DNA of 62,837 bases, counting the filler, from Rhabdomonas costata (taxonomy: Eukaryota): assembly GCA_019059605.1 (NCBI GenBank). It is 49 parts of 49 records of this genome, joined end to end, with 100 filler letters (N's around TTAATTAATTAA, not from the genome) between each part and the next. Parts side by side here need not be neighbours in the genome. Positions count along the whole stretch, not along the records: positions 35,975 to 37,158 come from JAHMHO010024568.1; positions 37,259 to 38,443 come from JAHMHO010024569.1; positions 38,544 to 39,727 come from JAHMHO010024570.1; positions 39,828 to 41,011 come from JAHMHO010024571.1; positions 41,112 to 42,295 come from JAHMHO010024572.1; positions 42,396 to 43,579 come from JAHMHO010024573.1; positions 43,680 to 44,863 come from JAHMHO010024574.1; positions 44,964 to 46,147 come from JAHMHO010024575.1; 41 more parts are not named here. The stretch is one strand, 5' to 3'. The notes below the pieces were generated by a model, which was given only the letters and a program-made list of their open reading frames with translations, was not told the DNA's origin and did no database searches. Within the stretch, counting starts at the first letter, position 1. Every line of letters begins with the position of its first letter. The translations under genes and the position numbers were made by a program. Shown in pieces: positions 36,212-50,125 of this stretch.

Positions 36212-36846
36212 GAAGCCAACCACGCCTCTGGCACAGCGGCAGAGGCAAGCTCTGGACGAGGCCGTGCGGAGATGTGCAGTGCTGCTGTGCCCCACTGCTG
36301 AGGGTATGGTGAAGGCGCTGCAAGGCCTTGGGGTTGCCAAAGCCCCGGAACTGGTGACCAAACTGACCGAGGTACGCCTCCCGCCTTCAGCGCTCCCTCC
36401 TACGCATTGATGATAGAGCAAAGGCATGAATCGTGGAAGCAAATTGTGCGTGAGTGCTTGGGTTTATTTGGGTGGGTGAGAGATAGGTGTGTGAGTTTAT
36501 TTGGCGGATGACGATGGAAGGTGGGAGAGCGGAGCGAAGTGCACGAAGGCAGCCGAATCTGCGCGTAGCGAGGCGGCCGACAGCGTGGAGGGGAACGTGT
36601 TTTGGCCCGACACTTCCTCATTTCGTCATGTCTTTGCCTCCATTTGAAGAGCGCCCAACCCGCCCGGGAGTAGCCGCTAGACTGGGAGAGAAGGGTGACG
36701 TCTCTCTGTCGGCCCTTCTCTGCTTTGACTTGTACAGGCCCACAGCCGGCTGCACAAGGGATCCCCTGCGGAGTCGCGCGCGCGCCTGCTTCGGGCGGCA
36801 TTTGGGAAGGCTTCACAGAACGCGTCTCAGAGCGCGCCTGCCGTAG
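36212..36846 (+). CDS. Exons of unknown protein
   Basis: Exon 36212-36371 (AG...GT; KPTTPLAQRQRQALDEAVRRCAVLLCPTAEGMVKALQGLG...) and an in-phase exon from 36738 (AHSRLHKGSPAESRARLLRAAFG...); 3' end uncertain. Confidence 0.45.
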
Positions 36847-37586
36847 GAAAATACGCCACCGTATGCCCTGCACTATTGCCGTTTTCACACCGTGTATTAT
36901 TGACGCCTCTGAGAGGTGAGACGCCGACCAGCACCTGGAAACGGCGCTACCACCGGAGATTTATCGTTTGCTAGTGGTTGCACTTCTGCCGCAATCCCTA
37001 TGGTCTTTCTGACAATTCATGCATTGAACTGAGAACTGAGAACCTCGCACGAGGCACGACGCAATCCCTTTCGCTTGCTTGTCTTCCACAGATCTATCTG
37101 AACTGGAGACTGGCGATGCTGAAATTGGTCGCTACCCCGCCCCCCTTCCCAACCACCCNNNNNNNNNNNNNNNNNNNNNNNNNNNNNNNNNNNNNNNNNN
37201 NNTTAATTAATTAANNNNNNNNNNNNNNNNNNNNNNNNNNNNNNNNNNNNNNNNNNNNGTGTGGGGGGATAAACTCATTGTGATGAGCGGAGCAAATCAT
37301 AGAAGAGAGGAAGGAAAAAACCCGTCAACTTGAAATTGGCCGGCATGTCCAGGGTTGTAGAAATACCCCCGCCTGCATTTTTCCTTCCTCTCTTCTATGA
37401 TTTGCTCCGCTCATCACAATGAGTTTATCCCACTGTCTCACAACCTTTATGGTTCCCATACATATACACAAGGGGTGAGCTGGTACCTCACTTCACTGTG
37501 GGTACACTTCGGTACCTGCCCTAAGGACCCGCTGGCAGGCTGGCAGTCTATTATAGTTGCTAATAACCAGTCAGGCAACAGCCGGT

Positions 37587-37587
<1 letters not shown>

Positions 37588-37615
<28 letters not shown>
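37588..37615. repeat. (CA)n microsatellite
   Basis: acacacacacacacacacacacacacac. Confidence 0.85.
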
Positions 37616-37618
<3 letters not shown>

Positions 37619-37939
37619 GTGCACGTGGCCAGAGTGAAATTTTTGTGGTGAGGACTCGAGGTCCCCTCTGGGCTTCCACCTTTCCCATCAGCCCATCGGG
37701 CCATCGCGTCTCACACACTTACACCCTTGTCGGCCCACGGTGCCTTGTCCCTCTCTCTCGTCACGTGGGGTTGGTTAACACCATCTGACCCCTGATAATC
37801 ACTGTACGCGGGGCCTTGAGAATCCTGATTGGCACGTTTGCAGATAGACCTTTACACACATACAGACTCAACGAGTTCCACGTCAGGTAATCTGGTTGGG
37901 TGGAAACCGGACCATCGCCCCCTCTGCCCGGCAGAACAC

Positions 37940-38344
37940 CTGCCACAGCGGGGTCACTCGCTTCTTTCGCTGAACGGGCAGCCCTGACTCCCGTCCCAGG
38001 TGCAGCTGCGGGACCCCCTCCAACCCTGGCACGGGAATCGGCTGGCTGGCCGGAGGGGTGCTTCCCTCCCCATCCCCGGACCGCTTCCGCTTCCGGTACG
38101 CATGGATGGCCCGGTACAGCATCATCCCCAGCACCAGCAGCCCGGCGAAGATCACCATCCACGCTGGTGCGGTCATGAAGTACACGAACTTGTTAGTGTA
38201 CTTCGAGCCCGACGAGCCCAGGGCGCAGTCCAGGTTCGCGATCTGGGGGTCAGGCTGCGCCACAGTCTTCTGGTTGGAGATGAACGAGGACATCAGCGAG
38301 GGCATGTACTGCGAAATCTCCAGCTCGGAGAGCTTGCTGTTCAC
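37940..38344 (-). CDS. Exon of a membrane protein
   Basis: 405-nt phase-0 exon flanked by AG/GT with strong GC3; NLDCAL followed by the TM helix FVYFMTAPAWMVIFAGLLVLGMMLY and basic RKRKR. Confidence 0.7.
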
Positions 38345-39105
38345 CTAATCGCGAAAAAACAAAGGCAAGGCTGGTTGCAAGCTCCTCGAAAGCAACCAAG
38401 ATTTTGTTCTCCGCAGCCCAAGGCATCGTAAAAATAATCCGAGNNNNNNNNNNNNNNNNNNNNNNNNNNNNNNNNNNNNNNNNNNNNTTAATTAATTAAN
38501 NNNNNNNNNNNNNNNNNNNNNNNNNNNNNNNNNNNNNNNNNNNGCGGTTGCTTCTCTCTGCTGTTTCTGGGCCCTCTATTTTCCATGCTCGTAATGTGTG
38601 GACGAGAAAAGCTTTCGTAACATTCATTATCGAATGATCATCTTATTCGAAAACCCAAGGCCTATCCTCAGGTTCTGGGTCACGTTGGAAGGGGTTATGC
38701 GGCATAGTATCGTGCAACAGTTATCGCATTGGTGCACGGTATACCGTCTCTATACGGTCAAAATATCGTTATATCCCTGTGCCGCTGAACTGAAGCTGCC
38801 GTGCTCATTTGTCAAAGGCCCACCCGTTCGAAAGTTTGAGCATTGAAAAAGGTTAAGGAATTAAAATAGAGCCAGTGAGAATGTCCCACAGAAGGCTCCA
38901 AAACAAATATCACCTTTTTTGTGCAATTAAATTTTTTTTGCGGAAGTAACTCTACGATGTTGTGCCTTATAACGTTATCATACCATATAAATTTGTTGTA
39001 CCGAATCACCGCCCCCCCAGCTGCCAGTGCCCCAGACCAGTTCCCTCGCATGGCTTTTCGCCTCTCACTTTTTCTTTTGTATTTTCTTTTTTCCCATGGT
39101 TTCAG

Positions 39106-39241
39106 GAGCTGAAGGAGCTGGTGCAGCTGCACACGGACCACGGTGGGCTGCTGGTGGAGGGCGAGGGCGGGGAGGAGGGTCTCACCCATGACGAGTGCAC
39201 CATCATTCGCGGCGCCCTCGACATGAAACTCAAGACGGCCG
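39106..39241 (+). CDS. CNNM: CNNM/DUF21-CBS metal transporter exon
   Basis: ELKELVQLH...GLTHDECTIIRGALDMKLKTA matches ELKxLVxxH...LTxDExxIIxGAL; AG/GT flanks. Confidence 0.88.
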
Positions 39242-40095
39242 GTGTGTGTTTGTGTGTTTGTGTGTGCGTCTGGTGTCCAAGAGGTGCTCGAACTGCATTG
39301 CCGCTGTGGATTGCAGGTTGGCGGTTGGTGGTTGGCGGTTAGCGATTGGCAGGGCACGGCTGGCAGTTGGCAGTTGCGAGTGTCTGTGGGTACCCTGTGG
39401 GTTTTCTCATTTCGATCCATCGATCGATTGAAACCGTACCCATGCAGACGCATAGGGACCAAGTCTTTCAAGGCACATCCCCAGCATTATGGCCAAAGCT
39501 TCGCTGAAAAGTGCGTTTTAGATTCGCTTTTCAAAACGCCATCACAAGTTGTTGTGTGGCTTTCGCTCCTTCGCAGAAACTAAACTAAAAAACTACTTCA
39601 CAGAAACTAAACAGTTGTGGCAGCATCAGCCGTCCTTCACTGCGAGCTTTTGCCAACAAACGGGACCCTACGATCGGGATCGGGAGGAAAGCCGTAAGGT
39701 TCAACTACTCCCCAGTTTATACAGGCCNNNNNNNNNNNNNNNNNNNNNNNNNNNNNNNNNNNNNNNNNNNNTTAATTAATTAANNNNNNNNNNNNNNNNN
39801 NNNNNNNNNNNNNNNNNNNNNNNNNNNTGTTTGTTTGGCGCGACCATTGTGCATTACTTACCTTTTCTGTATCCAATTAAAAGTGGTATTAGTGATATTG
39901 TGACTTGTGCGCCTCGCCCTGTTTTTTCCATGGATTTCTGCCGCCGTGTCTCGAAATCGAAACTCTTCCTCCCATGACGTGGGAGATTTCAACCGCAGTG
40001 TCTTTCTCTGATTCGGAGGGTCTCCCAATTTCCGGGTGCCCAAGTTTGGCCCTGCCGCTCCCGTGAAAAAACTTTCTTCCCCGCTTGCCCAAAAG

Positions 40096-41005
40096 GTGGT
40101 GCGACTGACGGACCTCTTCCTTGCCGTTAACCGCACTCCAGAGGCGCTGGTGCTTCGGCAGCGGGACGGGCCCCCTCTGTGTGTGGTGGAAGGCGGGGGA
40201 GGCCGTGCGGTGCTCCCTAAGTGGTACCTTGCCGCGGGCGAGGGCGGCGGAGGTGGGGAGGCGGACATGCGGCGGTCGCTCCAGCTGCAGCTGCGGTGCC
40301 GCGATGGGGTGTACGGGGCGACGTGGTCCACCCCGTTTGCACTTGCTGCGGTTGGGGGAACGGATGTCTTGCTGTGGCCGGGTAGCAGCAGCAGCAGTAG
40401 CAGTAGTAGCAGCAGCAGCATGAGTAGTGTTGGTGTTGGTGGACGCCCCGCTGGGGCACTGCCCAAGGCGATTCACGTGCAGGTGAGTGGGAGAGCCTGA
40501 CAACCCAGTTTGAGTTTCGCCCTTTGATTTCGTATGCGGCACAAGGACTTTCCCCTCCTTTTCTATCTGTAAACAAGCGATCGTGACACGGTACTCGCAC
40601 CATTGACTGAACTTAGTGTCACACATTAGTTTCACACATCGTACCCTACCGACGTTTAACGCGCGTTTCTCCACATTAAAAGCTGGATCAGCCGCAAACC
40701 AGTCCTTGCTAAGACGCGGGAGCCAGGAACCCACGGGATGGACTATATTCGGGTCTTCAGGGACTTCATGAAGTTACTGTAGCGGTTGAGCCTACGTTGT
40801 CAGCTTGCCTCTGTTTGAGCATATATTGCCCTCAGGTTTCCATGGACCACAGCACCGTCCTTTTGGCCCTGGAGCCCGCGCAAAGGCCCCGGGTTCAGGT
40901 CTGCAACTGCACGCTCTGCTCCATCACGTTCCGCCAGGCCGGCACGGAGGCCTGGGTCCCCGCCCGGCCGTTCGCGGTGACCCCCTACTTCTACTCCAAC
41001 TACAC
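40096..41005 (+). CDS. VPS13: VPS13-family protein (VAB/SHR-binding region), two exons
   Basis: Exons 40096-40482 and 40836-end: FLAVNRTPEALVLRQ...WSTPFALAAVG...|...PRVQVCNCTLCSITFRQAGTE...PYFY; NxT..l..rQ and WSxPF repeat motifs. Confidence 0.65.
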
Positions 41006-41464
41006 CACACANNNNNNNNNNNNNNNNNNNNNNNNNNNNNNNNNNNNNNNNNNNNTTAATTAATTAANNNNNNNNNNNNNNNNNNNNNNNNNNNNNNNNN
41101 NNNNNNNNNNNTGTGGTTTGTGCAGTGGCCGTACCCGCAGGCAGTTGGAGCTCCCTGGTCCTCCTTGGCACCTTTGAGAAACAGTCGTGTTGCAGCCAAC
41201 AACATAAGCACAAAGTCAAAGCCACAACATAGAAAGGAGAAAGGACGAGCGAAAGGACGGGCCTCCAGAGTGCATGTCCACTCTCTTCGACGTCTCTTCT
41301 TCCCTCACTCTGCTGTAGCAATGAGATTGCGGAAAGGCGAGAGTCTTCTGAAGCACTTAGCGCCCAAAAACAGCCTAAACCACCTGCCTTCTTAGCAGTT
41401 CTCGGCAGCAGAGAAGATGAGAAGAAAGAGGCTTCACATAACTTTGATTTTCCCCTGTTTTTAG

Positions 41465-41793
41465 GACCACGTGCGTTTCCAACGCCCAGAAGGTGCAGAA
41501 GTTCGCCATCCTGCCCACGGACTTCAGCATTGCGGGCGACGAGCTGACCGGTACGTCACAGCAGAGGCCAGGGGCTCGTGCTCGGCGTTTGCGTTCCGCG
41601 TTTGTGTTCGGTGTCATGCGGCTGGAACCAGAAACTCTCGTTTAATTTTGGCCACGCTCCCTTCCGGGGGGCGTTAACTCTCTACTCCGTGACCTACTTT
41701 CTCGCAGCCACGCTGAAGCTGAAGCGCAATGTGGTGTCGGCGAAGTATTCGGACATCATCGAGGGCCTGTATGCTGGCGGCGGAGATGCCTAA
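41465..41793 (+). CDS. ACSBG: Long-chain acyl-CoA synthetase (bubblegum type), last two exons
   Basis: 41465-41550 + 41708-41793: VSNAQKVQKFAILPTDFSIAGDELT|ATLKLKRNVVSAKYSDIIEGLY...TAA. Confidence 0.92.
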
Positions 41794-44265
41794 GTGCGAA
41801 TAGAAGAAGAGAGAGCTTTCTCACCGCAACCCACACAAAAACCGGGTTGGGGAAATGGGAGAGGTCCGCTCCTTTCCGTTTTTTTTCTTCCTCTCAGTCC
41901 GTTTTCGCTCTCCGTCACCGTCACAGGCACACGGATTCCTTTCCCACTTCTCTGTGTGGCAAACTTTGTGGCACCCATGCTTGCGAGAAAGGAAAATGAC
42001 CTCAAACGACATTTATATCCTCAGTGGAAAAATCCCTAATACATGTATTAGCTAACATTTTTAGTGCATTCTACAGTTCGAATTTGCTGGTCTTCAGGTT
42101 AATGTAGACTTCAATGATGTGGCGACTCTGCAGTACAAAGCCATCTCATGATGGTCCAAAGTTTATGGTTGGGGCGGTCAAGGGATGAGCATAACCAGAA
42201 ATCGCAGCGGTGATGATATTCCCTAAAAACTAAACTGAGCATTTTGGTGCTGCACCCGAGACGCTTCAAGAAATTCTTCCTGTGCCCCAACCCCCNNNNN
42301 NNNNNNNNNNNNNNNNNNNNNNNNNNNNNNNNNNNNNNNTTAATTAATTAANNNNNNNNNNNNNNNNNNNNNNNNNNNNNNNNNNNNNNNNNNNNCCGGA
42401 ACCGCTCTCTTTAGGGAGCGACAAGGGGAGCGCGATGAGCGAAGACAGGAAAGGAACGGACACACTTCGGGTGCATCGTGGAACAAGGGGCGGACACTCG
42501 GCCCCCTTTCTACCCTAACCGCTCGCAAACGAAGCTGCGCCTGACGGTCTTGCTCCTCGTTTCTTCTATCAGGCGTGCAAGCACGTCTTCCCCTTGGTCT
42601 CAGGTACACCGAGAGACACCACTCGCCATACCAACACCAACCCGCAAAGGCGGGGTTACCGGTGCACACACGCAGATTATTCATTCGCTCGACAAGTGGG
42701 GGCAAGGGGCGGGATTTGCTGAAATGGTAAAGAGGTGTGCCACCATTAGTCTCGCGTGACTTCAGTCCTATTTTTCCATAGTTTTCTACCAATTTAGTGT
42801 GCTTCCGAGGTTTGTTGAGATGCACTCGTTCCGTCGCTGTCGTCCCGCTATGCACCGAAATAATTCTGGCAGCAGGGCACTACCGCAGAATGCCCGGATG
42901 TCTAGACGTAAAAAGTGCAGAAAGTCTCTCCCCGCCCCCCTCACGACTCACGACACCTTTTTTCCCAGTACAACGCCCACACGGTGGAGGCCTTGAGATC
43001 CTCCGTGGTGTGAAGGTTGACAAAGGACTGGATTTTGAGCTTTGCCGTGTCCCTTGAAACCCTGGTACACAAAGCGAGGCACTCAGCCATGAAAGGGACG
43101 GACATCAATCGACGAGGGGGTCCGAATCATTGGGCACGAGGACAATCAACCCCAAAGCCATTTTTCGTTGAATGCAATCAAAGCTATCACTGCTGCTTTC
43201 CCTCGTTTCCCAAACACACTTTGTGCACTTGGCGAGGGTTTTTTTCTGGGGAAGACCCGCGAACCTCTTTTCCCCACAACCTCAGGACCCATCGGGCCTT
43301 AACCACTTCTCTGTCGGCCCTGCGCCTCGCTGCACGCCAGCCCTGTCTCACGAGGATCCATGACTGTGGTTTCACAGACACACACACACACCCTACCTGA
43401 ACGTTTGAGACATAATAAACAAACACAAAAGCAGAAAAAAATGCCTCGCCACAGCGCGATCTGGTGAATAACGGCTAGCTTCCACTTGGATGGGTAACTG
43501 ACATTTTTGAAGATTCAACGTTAGACATCCTGCGAGGAAGTAAGCACGCTCCGCCTTCCTAACAGACAACCCACACAACNNNNNNNNNNNNNNNNNNNNN
43601 NNNNNNNNNNNNNNNNNNNNNNNTTAATTAATTAANNNNNNNNNNNNNNNNNNNNNNNNNNNNNNNNNNNNNNNNNNNNATATTTGTCAACAGCCGCGTC
43701 GGAACATCTGGCATCAGCATTCTCCCAGGGCGAAAGGCAACTGGCATCCGTGATAGCCCGAAAGCCAAGACGGAGCGTGGAGCAAAAATGCTGCGGATCG
43801 CTCACTCACCCCACTCCCCCACTTCGTTAATCTCGCGTCAGGAAACCCAATAATCCGTGGTACAACCTCTTGACAAGAGGCACTCTGAAAACACTCAAGA
43901 TGAGCAGAAAAAACGGAACAGAAAAAGAAAAGTGGTGGCGAGCGGAACCTCACGAGCAACGCCCTGAGGCTATCGCCCACCTCCCTTGCCTGCTTCCTTC
44001 CCAGTCTTGCTGCATCTCTCTCCATGGGCAGCAGATGCTATGCCCAACTCCTTGACAAAAAACCTTTGAACACGTATTCTCCCCAGCACTCCAGTCATCC
44101 GAACGAAAGTGTGGTGACTTTCCGGGCTTCTCGTGAAAAGGCGTAGGAAGGACACTCCCTTGACAACAGGGGACTTCGCGTCACCCCCAAATATCCCCTC
44201 GCCTAATCTCCTCGACCCCCTAAAAGCACAAGGTTAGCATTGGCAATATTACTCGGGGTTTCGTG

Positions 44266-44361
44266 TTACTTCGGATTCTGGAAGTACTGTTTCAGGACCT
44301 TGGCGTCCTTCTCAAAGAACTCCGCCACCTTCGGCAGCGCCAGCACGCGCTTGTAGAAGGC
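44266..44361 (-). CDS. Probable glutathione S-transferase, last exon
   Basis: AFYKRVLALPKVAEFFEK...TAA resembles the GST C-terminal helix; AG acceptor. Confidence 0.5.
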   Translation of the reverse strand, partial: AFYKRVLALPKVAEFFEKDAKVLKQYFQNPK

Positions 44362-45646
44362 CTTACAAAACGCATCCCCGCAAACAAACGATATTCCAAG
44401 ATGGTGCAAGTGTGGGCGGGCATGTGTACATAAATTCGGCAGGGCCCGATGCGGAGGGCGGGGCATTTTTTTAGCATCTGCCTGTTGAGTCAAAACAGGC
44501 TGGGTGTTCTTTCCCCAGCAGGGTCCTTTGGCCCGGTACACCACGTGGAACGGGGGTGCTCGTCATCGTTTACATATTCTACCCTTCCCTGGTGTTACTA
44601 AGATATGGCTCGCGCTACGTAAAAAGTGAGAGTTTCAAACCACACCTGCTAACAAAAAATAGCACAAATGCAACAAGAACACAACAAAGGGAAGCGGGAA
44701 AGCGTCCCGACGGGTATAAAACCCATATATATAAAACCCATATATAGCATAGTATAGCAAAAAAAACCTGTCGAGTCGCTGGTAATGCACGGGAAACACA
44801 CCAAGCAGCCAGGATCACCCATCTTACAGCATGCGTTTTTTTTCACTACCTGCCCACCACACANNNNNNNNNNNNNNNNNNNNNNNNNNNNNNNNNNNNN
44901 NNNNNNNTTAATTAATTAANNNNNNNNNNNNNNNNNNNNNNNNNNNNNNNNNNNNNNNNNNNNTGTTGGTGTTCACTGCTCGAACAAGAACGCGGTAAAA
45001 CCCGCAAGGTTTGCGTAGGCATGGGAAGGTACGCTTGCTCTTGGCAAGTGTCAGCGGTGTGTCACATGAGTCTTTTGTGAGAAGAAGGTCAAATCGGAAT
45101 CACTGTGGACGCAGTTTGCGGTAAACGGTTTTTTCTTTTTTTGATTGATTCAGGGGTCCAATGCATTTTTTGGAGGTGAGGTGGGGAGGTGTTAAACGGT
45201 TAACCAATGTTAACAGGGTTCAAAACTATGCTGGTAGGCTCGGCCACCAGCAAACTCGCCCCCGGGTGTGTCGCTTTTGCGGCGCATCAGTACAATAACT
45301 CATCCAGTAACGCTACCATTCCTCTGTTCCATCCCCAGCGCGTTTTGGTCCGGAGAGGCTGGAAAGCTCGTCTCTGTTTGGCTCTGTTTGAGCTTTTGTA
45401 CCAAGCCGCGGATGTTGTGAGCCGTATGTGGCAACGCCGTCAAAGCAATGGTAAAGCCGTGGTGCAGTGTCCTGACAAGAACCGAAAGTATTGCCCAGAG
45501 CTCACAAATTCTGGATCATGTTCTTTTGACAGGTGAGTGTGGGAAATGGCAAGTGCCACAGGACTCTTTTGTTTCGAGGTGGGATCGGAATACAAATAAC
45601 TTTTGAACACCATTCGTCGTATACCGGTTTGCCTTTTTCGATTCAG

Positions 45647-45957
45647 AGCTTCGAGGATTCCGCGGCGAAGCTGCAGAAGGAGCTCGATGCCAGCCAGGCG
45701 GAGCTGAAGAAGGCCTGGGCGGCGAAAGAGGCGGAGCTGACGGAGGCCCTCGTTCACCCCACTTCTCTGCTCCTCTCCTCCTCGTCTTACTTCGTGTCAA
45801 ATCTTGTCCCGTTAGCTGGACTGGAAGCTTTCCAGCCTCTGGCTGCATCTCTACGCCCAGTTGTAGCATCTGGAAGGGTGCCGTTCTATTCAAGGCCTCA
45901 GAGTTCGGAACGTCGGCTCCAGTACAGCCGCAGCAGCCTTCTGAGCCCGCTCTTTAG
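45647..45957 (+). CDS. Coiled-coil protein, last two exons
   Basis: 45647-45745 SFEDSAAKLQKELDASQAELKKAWAAKEAELTE, GC donor, then 45895-45957 ASEFGTSAPVQPQQPSEPAL*. Confidence 0.55.
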
Positions 45958-46247
45958 GAAAGCCTGCACGCCGCAGGAACCGCACCGCTCTCTCCTCAAA
46001 CTGCTTCGCGATCCGCTGCAGCGAGGGATAAGTCCGACAGTGCAGCGTGGCAGTACCAGCGACTTCTCTCCGCCGCTCGCAGCACGACAGCTATCGCCAC
46101 TTTCGGCAAATGGCATGACCTTGTGACCACCCAACCGCACACACACCNNNNNNNNNNNNNNNNNNNNNNNNNNNNNNNNNNNNNNNNNNNNTTAATTAAT
46201 TAANNNNNNNNNNNNNNNNNNNNNNNNNNNNNNNNNNNNNNNNNNNN

Positions 46248-46551
46248 TGTTGTTGGTCAGGAAAGCGGGTAGCCCACTTCCAAAGGAGGCAGTTGTGTCC
46301 ACCACCGGGGGTCCTGAGCCCTCAGGTGCGCTTTGCCCTGCTCCCCCACGGGAAGCAGAGTTCTGGCGAGGCACCCCAAAGTCCTCATCGTCCGCCCCAA
46401 AGCGAGGAGCCGCCTTCACAGACCGCCCGGAGCGGGTCACCGTGGGCGCTGCAGGAGGGGAATCCTCGAAGAGTGCTGGGTCATAGGCTTCCCACTCCTC
46501 GTCAGCGGTGGAGCTACGGGCCACCCTTCGGCTGCGGCCACTGGCGGCCAT
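46248..46551 (-). CDS. First coding exon, low-complexity N-terminus of unknown protein
   Basis: MAASGRSRRVARSSTADEEWEAYDP...VTRSGRSVKAAPRF; upstream pyrimidine tract ttttccgctcttccctttctcgtacag. Confidence 0.55.
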
Positions 46552-49500
46552 TGGTGGTCAGACTTTCGCTCGAAATAGGCCCTCGCACGGGGGCTCTACG
46601 AAGACCACAACCAAGGCATTATTCCCTCTTAGAATCAGACTGTACGAGAAAGGGAAGAGCGGAAAATCATCCTCGCGTATTTTTCAACTCTGCGGAGCAT
46701 TTGAAAATGAAGTGTTGAACCGTTACGATTGCTTCAATCTGAAAAGCATACCAGCAACAACCCCAACAGAAAAATGACACTGCGGCACGGAACAGGGTTC
46801 TTGGAGCGGCTGGGGGTGCAGCACCAAACAAATGATTTTTAAAAGAAGAACAGCGAGAAACACAGTGAAACAGGAAAGTGAAGTGAGCGTAGAGGGCAGG
46901 GAATGCGATCTTTGACACAATATGACAATGATCCAAAACCTCACTGATCAGAGATTCTCCAATAAAACACGTCCGATAGTCCGATATAACTTCTGCGCAT
47001 CACCCAAACTATCAATGCAAGCATCGTCAATTCGAGCACCGCATCTACATCACCGTGGGCAATCAGTCCTCCCTGGAAAATACCCAAAAGCAAGCCCTTG
47101 TCCCACACGAAAATGACCGAAGCCCAGCAAATCAAAAATGTACCGTCCAAAAGGAAGTCCAGAACAGAGCTCACCCCCTCCCTGCTCCCTCTCTAAACGT
47201 CACAGTGCACAACTTGAGGCCACACCGACCCAGAAAACCTAAAGAACAACAGGCCAAAGCGCACTATACACAGGACACAAAGAACAGTCACAGCCGAGGC
47301 GAACTCACCGCACCGATTGAGCAGGTCAACCACTTTGAGGAACAACGCCCTGCAGTAATAGCCTATTAAGGCCGTGAATGCATATTTAAAAAGAAAGAAT
47401 TGGCGTGGCCCACGAAGTCCACACACAACCNNNNNNNNNNNNNNNNNNNNNNNNNNNNNNNNNNNNNNNNNNNNTTAATTAATTAANNNNNNNNNNNNNN
47501 NNNNNNNNNNNNNNNNNNNNNNNNNNNNNNGTTGTGGTGGAAGAGATAACACGTCTTCTTTGATTGCAACTGCGCACTGCCAGTCTCTTTTACGTTGCGA
47601 GTGTGGCTCACCCCCACACTTCAGACGATTCCGTTCCCAGTGCGGATTACATACTTAGTCTCCCCTGCTCACAGGGCTTCTGTCGGTGGCTGCTCTCTGC
47701 CTGTTGCCGAGGAATCTGAGGTGAAGGCGCGTAGGGAAGCTTTGCGGCTGGAAAATGGAGACCCCAATGTCATTTTGGGGTCCTTTTTGGCATGGCTTGC
47801 GCAGTTTCCGGGTGATGGTCAGTTGTGGTTGGGTTGCAGCCTTTACTTTCTTCTTTGCGGCCGGCCCCGCGAAGGGTACGACTGCGCCAGAATATCACTA
47901 GCACTGGGAGGTACAAATTGCTTAGCTTCAGCTCACCTTGCAGCGGCCCGAGCATCCAAGGCGAGGATGTGGGACTGTGCAGCAATTCGACACTACCGTA
48001 TGGTCCCTTGCGGTGATCACGATCTCAAGGTCGAAGGAGAGGAGGAAGAAGCGGTGAAGAACGTTACGGAGATGTGGAAGTTTGTTGCCGAGCTCCGATG
48101 GTTGGTGCACTTTCACTTTTTTTGAGGGACAATTGCATTTAGGGGGAGACCATTAACGCGGTTAAACACTTTGAGACGTTGCTGATGGATGGGTACATAA
48201 TTGTTGGGGCGGAGGCGCAGCGCGTCACAAAAACCCTCTCACCGGCAACCCCACATTCACCCTTTCGGCATCACCTCATCCGCGCATACTCAGACGGGAA
48301 TTCAGGTCTCCCTTTTTTTCAGCTCCCTTCTTAAGAACGAACAGTCAATGCAGCCCCTCGGATGTGTAAGTGTACCTATCAGCTCATTTTCTCCGTTTTT
48401 ATACCTTTGCCCAATAATTGCTTTGTACATGGTGAGCCACCGCGAAGACCCCATGGATAACTTAATGTTTGAATGGCATACCTTCAACAGTGTACCTGTT
48501 TTAGTGGACACTTGCATCGCCTCCTAACTCCATGCGAGACGAAATATCCTGATCCAGGGGGCACGTGCATCGCTTCCTAACCCCCTGAGAGATCAATAAA
48601 AGGATACGATCAGGGCAAATGTCCATCACGAATGTGCTCCATCAACGAAAGAAAGGGGTCCTTGCCCAGCAAGTTCGCTCTCCACTGGAACTCGTTTATA
48701 TAGCCCAACACAANNNNNNNNNNNNNNNNNNNNNNNNNNNNNNNNNNNNNNNNNNNNTTAATTAATTAANNNNNNNNNNNNNNNNNNNNNNNNNNNNNNN
48801 NNNNNNNNNNNNNTGGTTTTGCCAGCGCTACTCTGGTTCCGATCCTTTTCTCGTGGTTGACGTTTGCACGTTTTCCGATGCGTACAAAGAGTGTTTCTGC
48901 GATGTGGGCACTGCGCAAGAAGGCGGGGAAGGGGAGTGTCATTCTGAGTGCTTCAGTCCACCAGCAGGCTTGTGCTGGTGTGCTTTAGGCGGTACTTCAT
49001 TGCTTCGCTGTGCATCGCTCAGGTGGCCCCCGTACCTTCATGACGCTTATTCACGAAGCACGAAGTGGGTGATGATCAGTGTGTATCGATGGGGCATTGG
49101 GACATGAAAGGGGGACCTGTGAACGAAGGAACGAAGTGAAGAAGCCGAACAGACCAACAAAGGAGCAAACAGCTGGGAATCGGCGGGGGTGGGATGGCCA
49201 AGCAGGAAGGAAGGAAGCTAAAATACCGTACTTGTTCTAGTTTTGTTCCGTCGCTGATCTTGAACAACCACAGAGCCCTGGGGGATCCCCCCCATTACCG
49301 GCTGACGGTGGCCTTCGGTCTGTGGCAAGGTCGGAGCTCCCTGAAAACCCAAAGCCTTCCCACGGGGCTGGGGCTCCCCCTGCCCCTGTGGTTCGGGAGG
49401 AAGGGGAGGTGGCCGTGCTTTTGGCCAGTGGGAAACTGTCCTTGGCGGATGCCAGCCCACCAGCTTGCGGTCATGTGGAGCACTGGAGGCGACTTCGGGT

Positions 49501-50125
49501 GAAGAAGGTGGGGCTTTTCTTTGCCGCCAGCCCTCTATGAGCCCTTTTTTACTTCAGTTGCGCACGCTTTTTGATCTCGGGCCCAGGATCTCGGGTTTGG
49601 GTCCATGTGCAGGGCGTTCTCCTTGTGAATGAGCGCACCTTGTTTTTCCTTTCAGGCCAGCAGAGGAGCCCTCTAAGACAATTGGTGGTCGGAATTGGTT
49701 CCCCTGCCAATGCAGTTTCTGTGCGGGGTACAGGGCGGGGCACGAGAGTCGAAATATATGTTTTGGCTTTTGACGACAGGTGGAAATGGGGAAAATTTGG
49801 ACGGTGAGTGCAGACGGGGGAAACCAGCTCCTGGGGGCATTCAGTGGTTAGCATTGCTTTTCTGTCATAGTTTTGCTACCCCTCCTCCGTCCCCTTAAAT
49901 AAACTAGTTTAGTGAGAGAAAAACCGAAGTGTCCAACACCATTTTGCTAACGTAAATGCATTTAGAGGTAGTGGGCAGTTTGCCTAACCCCCCAACCNNN
50001 NNNNNNNNNNNNNNNNNNNNNNNNNNNNNNNNNNNNNNNNNTTAATTAATTAANNNNNNNNNNNNNNNNNNNNNNNNNNNNNNNNNNNNNNNNNNNNGTG
50101 GGGGATGGGCCGGTGGTGGATGCCC

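Noticed and set aside
3319-41793. Stop-codon reassignment
   Set aside because: TGA (3319), TAG (15955) and TAA (41791) each end conserved proteins at the expected position, and no in-frame stops occur in conserved exons.
42570-42650. VPETKGKT sugar-transporter-like motif on the minus strand
   Set aside because: It is followed almost immediately by a stop, with no clear acceptor or TM context; probably chance.
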